From the NCBI GenBank assembly GCA_951406725.2, contig OX597815.1, positions 152,024,001-152,088,000 on the forward strand: DNA of 64,000 nt, read 5' to 3'. Shown here one piece after another: positions 55,917 to 64,000 of this stretch; position 1 is the stretch's first letter, and each line of letters opens with the position of its first letter. The notes below the pieces were generated by a model. The model was given only the letters and a program-made list of their open reading frames with translations. It ran no database searches and was not told where the DNA came from. The position numbers and the translations under genes were made by a program. The stretch comes from Octopus vulgaris. Its lineage: Eukaryota.

Positions 55917-58621
55917 CTGAAATTCATAATTTCAAGTGTTATAATTTATAGTAAAATTTACCTGCATACACATTCACACAAAAAGCTATAATTATTAATC
56001 TAAACTTTTACCAATTAAAGACATTAACAGCAACACTGACCAAATGATTTCACAGTTAGACTTTCTAATGTTTGTTCAGATTTTGTGATTGAGCCTCATA
56101 CTATAACAAAGCCAAATTTGATGTTCCAGTAGATAACACTGTCTTTGATAATTGGATTCTTAAGATGTTAGTAAATCATTAACCATCTCACAAATAATTG
56201 TATCTTAGCTTCATCCATTCGGTCATGTCATTCTCCACCTCTCTTTCAAGTCATTGTTCTTATCATCCTTTTCTTGTAACTTTCACTCCCTACATCCTCA
56301 TTATTCTTCCGTTATCACTTAAACTTATCACTTTCTCAACATGTCTTCATGAGTGTAAAAACACATCAGAGAGCAATGAGAATTGTATCATATTATGAGA
56401 TGCAAATAACATGACCAGTGCTAGCACTATGAGGAAATGGCCCCAGTACACACTTGAAAGTGATTGATAAATGAGAGGAGACAGCATAATTTTCTGTGGA
56501 ACGTTCAATCTAATTGTGGACATTGGATTCTGATGCTGCCCATCAGCTTGTCGGCTCTGGTCAAACTGTCTAACCCAGGCCAGCATGGACAATGGACGTA
56601 AAATGATGATGATGATGATGACAATCTTATTAGTGCCTGTGTTACAATAAAACATACCCAAGAGACTTTATAAAATTGTTGCTGTTAAGATGGTATCTTG
56701 TCATAGAAAATCCAGAGTATTTAAGAGAGATGTGTGGCTACTTCAAGCAGTCAAAGTGGATGTTAAGTCTGAATAAGAACTGGCTTGGATATTGATGACC
56801 CATCTAATCGACGGGAGCATGGAAGCAGATGATGAATGATAATGACATTATCATTTATTTTTTTGTATTTATTATTTTGCATCTTGCAGCCTGTATATAA
56901 TCTTTAGGACTTGAAACTTACACCTGTGTAGCAGGGTCTGACTTACAGAAACTGTCGTGTGATGTTATTGTTAATATAAGATCAACATCAAAAAGAACAT
57001 CTAATCTCATTCATGTTACTACTGTTTTACTACATTTGTCACTGATATTAATTAAGACCAACTATTTACAAAAGGTCACAGTAATGCTTCATATAATATA
57101 TCTAAATAGTATCATAAATATACAGAAATATTTAACATTTTATTTTAGGACACAATAACATCTGAACCTTATTGGACTATAGGAGTCAATAATGTCAGTT
57201 TGTTGAGAAGTAGTTGTGTGCACAAGAAAAACAGTAGAATTACTTACACAGATGGTAATAAAGTTTAAATCTGTTGGATGAGAGTAGATGATGCTGTTAT
57301 AAAATCAGGTTAAATTTCAGACGTACAAATGTAAATCAATAAATGAATAATATCTGATTCATTACATGATTCATGTTAACAGTTTGTATATGTAATACAA
57401 AAAAAAATACTGTCTGACATTGCAATACTAAATATCTATATAAATTGTATATATTCTGAGTAAAAAATAAGTGACTTTCATTACTGTGAATATGATTATG
57501 TCTCAACACAGATCTATATTGTAGAAGTTCCATCATTATCGTTATCATCATCATGATTGTTGTCGTCAATTAATATCTGCTTTCCATGCTGACATGTATT
57601 GGACGGTCTGACTGAGAGCTGGCAAGCCAGAAGGTTGCACCAGTCTCCAAACTGATCTGACATGTGTGCATATATATGTAAACATACATATACATGCATA
57701 CATATATATGCATATATATACAGACATATACATACACAAATATATCACAGTGAAAGTATTAACTCACATTACAATGGCGATTCTATTGTTTCACTTTTGA
57801 CAAGTAATACTGAAATAGTGTAAGAGATAAGAGATTGCTCTTAGAACACATTAGGCAAGAAGTTGAAAATTTGTTTGGCCCATGACACTGCATGGACCTG
57901 AAGTAAGGCATGTGTGAAATTTGTATGAAATCAGCTGGGTAGTTCTCGAGTTTTAGTGATGCACACATACATACAGACACACATTTACATGCACACATAC
58001 ATGCATTCTCAGTAATATATATATATATATATCTTTATATAGACTATAAAACATATTCTAACCTGAGATATTCTGGGAAGATAATCCAGCGAGAAATAAT
58101 ATAGCATATCACATATTAGACTACCGTAAAAATCTGACAACCTCATAAGATGATCAATCAAGAAGAACTTCTAGAGAACGATTTTATAAACAAAGGAAAT
58201 TATCTTTAACAATTTTCACCACTTAAAATATTTCCAGTTGAGATTTGTTATTTAATCTCCTACATTAGAAAGCTGGGAATGATGTTCTTATAAGTACTTT
58301 TGACTTAAATATCAGTTTCCCAAGATGTTAATAACATCATTAATCATCACTGTTGGCTGGCAACTGACAGTCACTCAGTCTTGTCATTCTCCAACTCTCT
58401 TTCAAATCACCATTATTATCCTCGTTTTCTCACAACTTTCACTCCCTGCATCCTCACTATTCTTCTGTCATCACTTCTCAATGTGTCACCTTGAATGAAA
58501 AAACATATCATAAGAGCAGTAAGAACTGTCTAATTTTATGGGACGCAAGAAAAACTGACCAATGCTAGTCCTCAAGGGAAAACTTATAGAAATCAATTTA
58601 GTACTTTAGTTTTATACTCAC

Positions 58622-58657
58622 CGACTGGCGCTTCATTTCCATCCCGCATGTGTGGGT
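58622..58657 (-). CDS. Micro-exon type C (36 nt)
   Basis: Identical copy, splice sites intact. Confidence 0.72.
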
Positions 58658-60757
58658 CTGAAATTCATAATTTCAAGTGTTATAATTTATAGTAAAATTT
58701 ACCTGCATACACATTCACACAAAAAGCTATAATTATTAATCTAAACTTTTACCAATTAAAGACATTAACAGCAACACTGACCAAATGATTTCACAGTTAG
58801 ACTTTCTAATGTTTGTTCAGATTTTGTGATTGAGCCTCATACTATAACAAAGCCAAATTTGATGTTCCAGTAGATAACACTGTCTTTGATAATTGGATTC
58901 TTAAGATGTTAGTAAATCATTAAACATCTCACAAATAATTGTATCTTAGCTTCATCCATTCGGTCATGTCATTCTCCACCTCTCTTTCAAGTCATTGTTC
59001 TTATCATCCTTTTCTTGTAACTTTCACTCCCTACATCCTCATTATTCTTCCGTTATCACTTAAACTTATCACTTTCTCAACATGTCTTCATGATTGTAAA
59101 AACACATCAGAGAGCAATGAGAATTGTATCATATTATGAGATGCAAATAACATGACCAGTGCTAGCACTATGAGGAAATGGCCCCAGTACACACTTGAAA
59201 GTGATTGATAAATGAGAGGAGACAGCATAATTTTCTGTGGAACGTTCAATCTAATTGTGGACATTGGATTCTGATGCTGCCCATCAGCTTGTCGGCTCTG
59301 GTCAAACTGTCTAACCCAGGCCAGCATGGACAATGGACGTAAAATGATGATGATGATGATGACAATCTTATTAGTGCCTGTGTTACAATAAAACATACCC
59401 AAGAGACTTTATAAAATGGTTGCTGTTAAGATGGTATCTTGTCATAGAAAATCCAGAGTATTTAAGAGAGATGTGTGGCTACCTCAAGCAGTCAAAGTGG
59501 ATGTTAAGTCTGAATAAGAACTGGCTTGGACATTGATGACCCATCTAATCGACGGGAGCATGGAAGCAGATGATGAATGATAATGACACTATCATTTATT
59601 ATTTTGTATTTATTATTTTGCATCTTGCAGCCTGTATATAATCTTTAGGACTTGAAACTTACACCTGTGTAGCAGGGTCTGACTGACAGAAACTGTCATG
59701 TGATGTTATTGTTAATATAAGAAAAACATCAAAAGGAATACTAATCCCATTCACTTTACCAAACTTATACTACATTTGTCACTGATATCAATTAAAACCA
59801 ACTAATTGCAAAAGGTCACAGTAATGCTTTATATAATATATCTAAATAGTATCATAAATATACAGAAATATTTAACATTTTATTTTAGGACACAATAACA
59901 TCTGGACCTTATAGGACTATAGGTGTCAATAATGCCAGTTTGTAGAGAAGTGGTTGTGTGCACAAGACAAACAGTAGAATTATTTACACAGATTGTAATA
60001 AGGTTTAAATCTGTTGGGGGAGGGTACAAGATAATGCTATGACAAAATAAGGTTAAACTTCAGACATACAAATGTAAATCAGTTAATGAATAATATCTGA
60101 TTCATTACCATGTTAACAGTTTGTATATGTGATACAAAATGAAAAAACACCGTCTGACATTGCAAAACTAGATATCTGTATAAATTGTATATATTCTGAC
60201 TAAAAAATAAGTGACTTTCATTACAGTGAATATGATTATTTCTCAGCACAGATCTATATTATAGTAGTTCCATCATCATCGTTATCATCATCATTATCGT
60301 CGTCGCCGTTTAATGTCTATTTTCCATGCTGGCATGGATTGGACGGTCTGACTGGGAGCTGGCAAGCCGGAAGTTTGCACCAGTCCCCAGACTGATCTTA
60401 TATGTATGCATAGATATGTAAACATACATATACATGCATGCATATATATAAATATATATACAGACATATACATACACAAATATATCTCAGTGAAAGTATT
60501 AACTCACATTACAATATCGATTTTATTGTTTCACATTTGACAAGTAATACTGAAATAGTGTAAGAGATAAGAGATTGCTACAGGATCACATTAGGCATGA
60601 AGTTGAAAATTTGTTGGGCCCATGACATTGCATGGACCTTAAGTAAGGCATATGTGAAATATGTATGAAAGCAGTGGGTAATTCTTTAGTTTTAGTGATA
60701 CACACATACGAACAGACAGGCAGACACACATTTACACGCACACAAACATGCATTCTC

Positions 60758-60812
<55 letters not shown>

Positions 60813-61385
60813 GACTATAATACATATTCTAACCTGAAACATTCTGGGAAGATACTCCGGTGAGAGATGATATCTCATATCAAACATCAGAGTATGTAAA
60901 TCTCTGACATCTTCATATGATTAAAAATCAAGAAGAACTTCTGGAGAACAATTTTGTAAACAAACGAAATTATCTTTAACAATTTTTACCAGTAGAAAAA
61001 GGTTTCAGTTGAGATTTGTTATTGAATCTCCTACATTAGAAAGCTGAGAATGAATTCTTATAAGTACTTTTGACTTGAATTATCACTCTCACAAGATGTT
61101 AATACGTCATCTCTTGAGGCTCACAACTGACAGTCACTCAGTCTTGTCATTCTCCAACTCTCTTTCAAATCACCATTCTTATCCTCGTTTCTCACAACTT
61201 TCACTCCCTGCATCCTCATTATTCTTCCGTCAATATTTCTCAAAGTGTCACCTTGAATGAAAAGACAACATCATAAGAGCAGTAAGAACTGTGTAATTTT
61301 ATGGGACGCAAGAAAAACTGACCAATGCTAGTCCCCAAGGGAAAACTTATAGAAATCGATTTGGTACTTTCAGTGTTATACTCAC

Positions 61386-61443
61386 CATGATAGATTGATG
61401 CATTTTCAACTGGTGGACCTGGCTGTTCATTTTAGATATAAAA
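61386..61443 (-). pseudogene. Micro-exon type B copy with a 1-nt insertion (58 nt); dead cassette or homopolymer error
   Basis: Plus strand ttcattttagat versus ttcatttagat in 22908-22964; phase-1 reading hits TGA after LYLK. Without the extra base it reads LYLNEQPGPPVENASIYH. Splice sites intact. Confidence 0.6.
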
Positions 61444-64000
61444 CTGAAATTCATACTTTTAAGTGTTATAATTTATAGTAAAATTTACCTGCATACACAT
61501 TCACACAAAAAGCTATAATTATTAATCTAAACTTTTACCATTTACGAACTTTCACAGCAACACTGACCAAATGATTTCACAGTGAGTCTTTCTAATGCTT
61601 GTTGAGATTTTGTGATTGAGCCTCATACTTTACCAAAGCCAACATTGATGTTCTAGTAGATAACACTGTCTCTGATTATTGGATTCTCAAGATGTTAGTA
61701 AATCATTAACCATCTCACAAATAATTGTATCTTAGCTTCATCCATTCGGTCATGTCATTCTCCATCTCTCTTTCAAGTCATTGTTCTTATCCTCATTTTC
61801 TTGTAACTTTCACTCCCTACATCCTCATTATTCTTCCGTTATCACTTAAACTTATCACTTTCTCGAACATGTCTTCATGATTGTAAAAACACATCAAAGA
61901 GCAATGAGAATTGTATAATATTATGAGATGCAAGACAACTTGACCAGTGCTAGCACTATGAGGAAATGGCCCCAGTACACACATGAATGTGATTGGTGAA
62001 TGAGAGGAGACAGCATATTTTTCTGTGGAACGTTCAATCTAATTTTGGATATTGGAGTCTGGTGCTGCCCCACAGCTTGCCAGCTCTGGTCAAACTGTCT
62101 AACCCAGGCCAGCATGAGCAATGGACGTAAAATGCTGATGATGATGATGACAATCTTATTAGTGCCTGTGTTACGATAAAACATACCCAAGAGACTTTAT
62201 AAAATGGTTGCTGTTAAGATGGTATCTTGTCATAGAAAATCCGGAGTATTTAAGAGAGATTTGTGGCTACCTCAAGCAGTCAAAGTAGATGTTAAGTCTG
62301 AATAAGAACTGGCTTGGATATCGATGACCCATCTAATCGACGGGAGCACGGAAGCAGATGTTGAATGATAATGACGTTATCATTTAAGTTTTTGTATTTA
62401 TTATTTTGCATCTTGCAGCCTGTATCTAATCTTTAGGACTTGGAACTTACACCTGTGTAGCAGGGTCTGATTGACAGAAACTGTCGTGTGATGTTATTGG
62501 TAATATAATATCAACATCAAAAAGAACATCTAATCCCATTCATGTTACTACTGTTTTACTACATTTGTCTCTGATATTAATTAAGACCAACTATTTACAA
62601 AAGGTCACAGTAATGCTTCATATAATATATCTAAATAGTATCATAAATATACAGAAATATTTAACATTTTATTTTAGGACACAATAACGTCTGAACCTTG
62701 TTGGACTATAGGCGTCAATAATGTCAGTTTGTAGAGAAGTGGTTGTGTGCACAAGAAAAACAGTAGAATTACTTACACAGATGGTAATAAGGTTTAAATC
62801 TGTTGGATGAGAGTAGATGATGCTTTTATAAAATCAGGTTAAATTTCAGACATACAAATGTAAATCAATAAATGAATAATATCTGATTCATTACATGAAT
62901 ATCTGATTCATTACATGATTCATGTTAACTGTTTGTATATGTAATACAAAAAAAATACTGTCTGACATTGCAATACTAGATATCTATATAAATTGTATAT
63001 ATTCTGAGTAAAAAATAAGTGACTTTCATTACAGTGAACATGATTATATCTCAGCACAGATCTATATTGTAGAAGTTCCATCATCATCGTTATCATCATC
63101 ATGATTGTTGTCGTCAATTAATATCTGCTTTCCATGCTGACATGTATTGGACGGTCTGACTGAGAGCTGGCAAGCCAGAAGGTTGCACCAGTCTCCAAAC
63201 TGATCTGACATGTGTGCATATATATGTAAACATACATATACATGCATACATATATATGCATATATATACAGACATATACATACACAAATATATCACAGTG
63301 AAAGTATTAACTCACATTACAATGGCGATTCTATTGTTTCACTTTTGACAAGTAATACTGAAATAGTGTAAGAGATAAGAGATTGCTCCAAGAACACATT
63401 AAGCAAGAAGTTGAAAATTTGTTTGGCCCATGACACTGCATGGACCTGAAGTAAGGCATGTGTGAAATTTGTATGAAATCAGCTGGGTAGTTCTCGAGTT
63501 TTAGTGATGCACACATACATACAGACAGACTGACACACATTTACATGCACACATACATGCATTCTCAGTAATATATATATATATATCTTTATATAGACTA
63601 TAAAACATATTCTAACCTGAGATATTCTGGGAAGATACTCCAGCGAGAAATAATATAGCATATCACATATTAGACTACCGTAAAAATCTGACAACTTCAT
63701 AAGATGATCAATCAAGAAGAACTTCTAGAGAACGATTTTGTAAACAAAAGAAGTTATCTTTAACAATTTGTACCACTTAAAAACATTTCCAGTTGAGATC
63801 TGTTATTGAATCTCCTACATTAGAAAGCTGAGAATGATGTTCTTATAAGTACTTTTGACTTTAATTATCAGTTTCCCAAGATGTTAATACATCATTAATC
63901 ATCACTGTTGGCTGGCAACTGACAGTCACTCAGTCTTTTCATTCTCCAACTCTCTTTCAAAACACCATTATTATCCTCGTTTTCTCACAACTTTCACACC

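Larger units (their letters stand above)
17258..64000. repeat. Tandem array of ~2.74-2.79 kb units, running off the window end
   Basis: Unit marker aggactt(g/a)aacttacacctgtg at 17258, 20008, 23938, 26678, 29420, 32165, 34914, 37659, 40431, 43176, 45927, 48677, 51423, 54165, 56906, 59647, 62435, plus a partial unit at 22390-23937. Central units are nearly identical; edge units are more diverged. Confidence 0.98.

Noticed and set aside
23246-63715. Recurrent ORF-track hits in the array (MYLSFIHSV…, MGMFYCNTG…, MCACKCVSV…, MHVYVCLHI…, MTTTIMMMI…)
   Set aside because: They recur only because the DNA is repeated. They run through microsatellites and SINE relics, are broken by indels or stops in sister units, and show no domain-like features.
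17258-64000. CRISPR-like or shufflon-like reading of constant flanks plus a variable 36-57 nt insert
   Set aside because: Eukaryotic context, 2.75-kb period, mostly identical inserts, no cas or recombinase genes; the boundaries are splice sites.

Overview
Eukaryotic, AT-rich, repeat-dense DNA. The SINE/RTE-LINE families and (TA)n/(TATG)n/(GAT)n microsatellites suggest a cephalopod, probably Octopus (inference). No prokaryotic genes or CRISPR. Bases 1-17 kb are a patchwork of retroelement relics: a near full-length stop-disrupted RTE LINE (12.2-15.9 kb), a 5'-truncated RTE, RLE-type non-LTR fragments, tRNA-derived SINEs and two fold-back elements. This part also holds a minus-strand death-domain-like exon (7807-7925) and a decayed plus-strand Ig-domain/GPI-tail-like pseudo-exon (~17.0-17.4 kb). 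From 17258 to the window end is a tandem array of ~2.74-2.79 kb units (17 unit starts plus one partial unit). Each complete unit carries one minus-strand micro-exon in the same slot (…ttcag|exon|GTGAGT…), missed by the ORF track. The intron scaffold is conserved but the exon content differs: two 57-nt exons (GLNPNEQLSTPVQCTSITH), one 57-nt and one 58-nt exon (VLYLNEQPRPPVENASIYH type) and thirteen 36-nt exons (DPHMRDGNEAPV). The best reading is a gene whose peptide-repeat region is built by amplifying symmetric phase-1 micro-exon cassettes, possibly upstream of a death domain. Expression and splicing cannot be shown from sequence alone.
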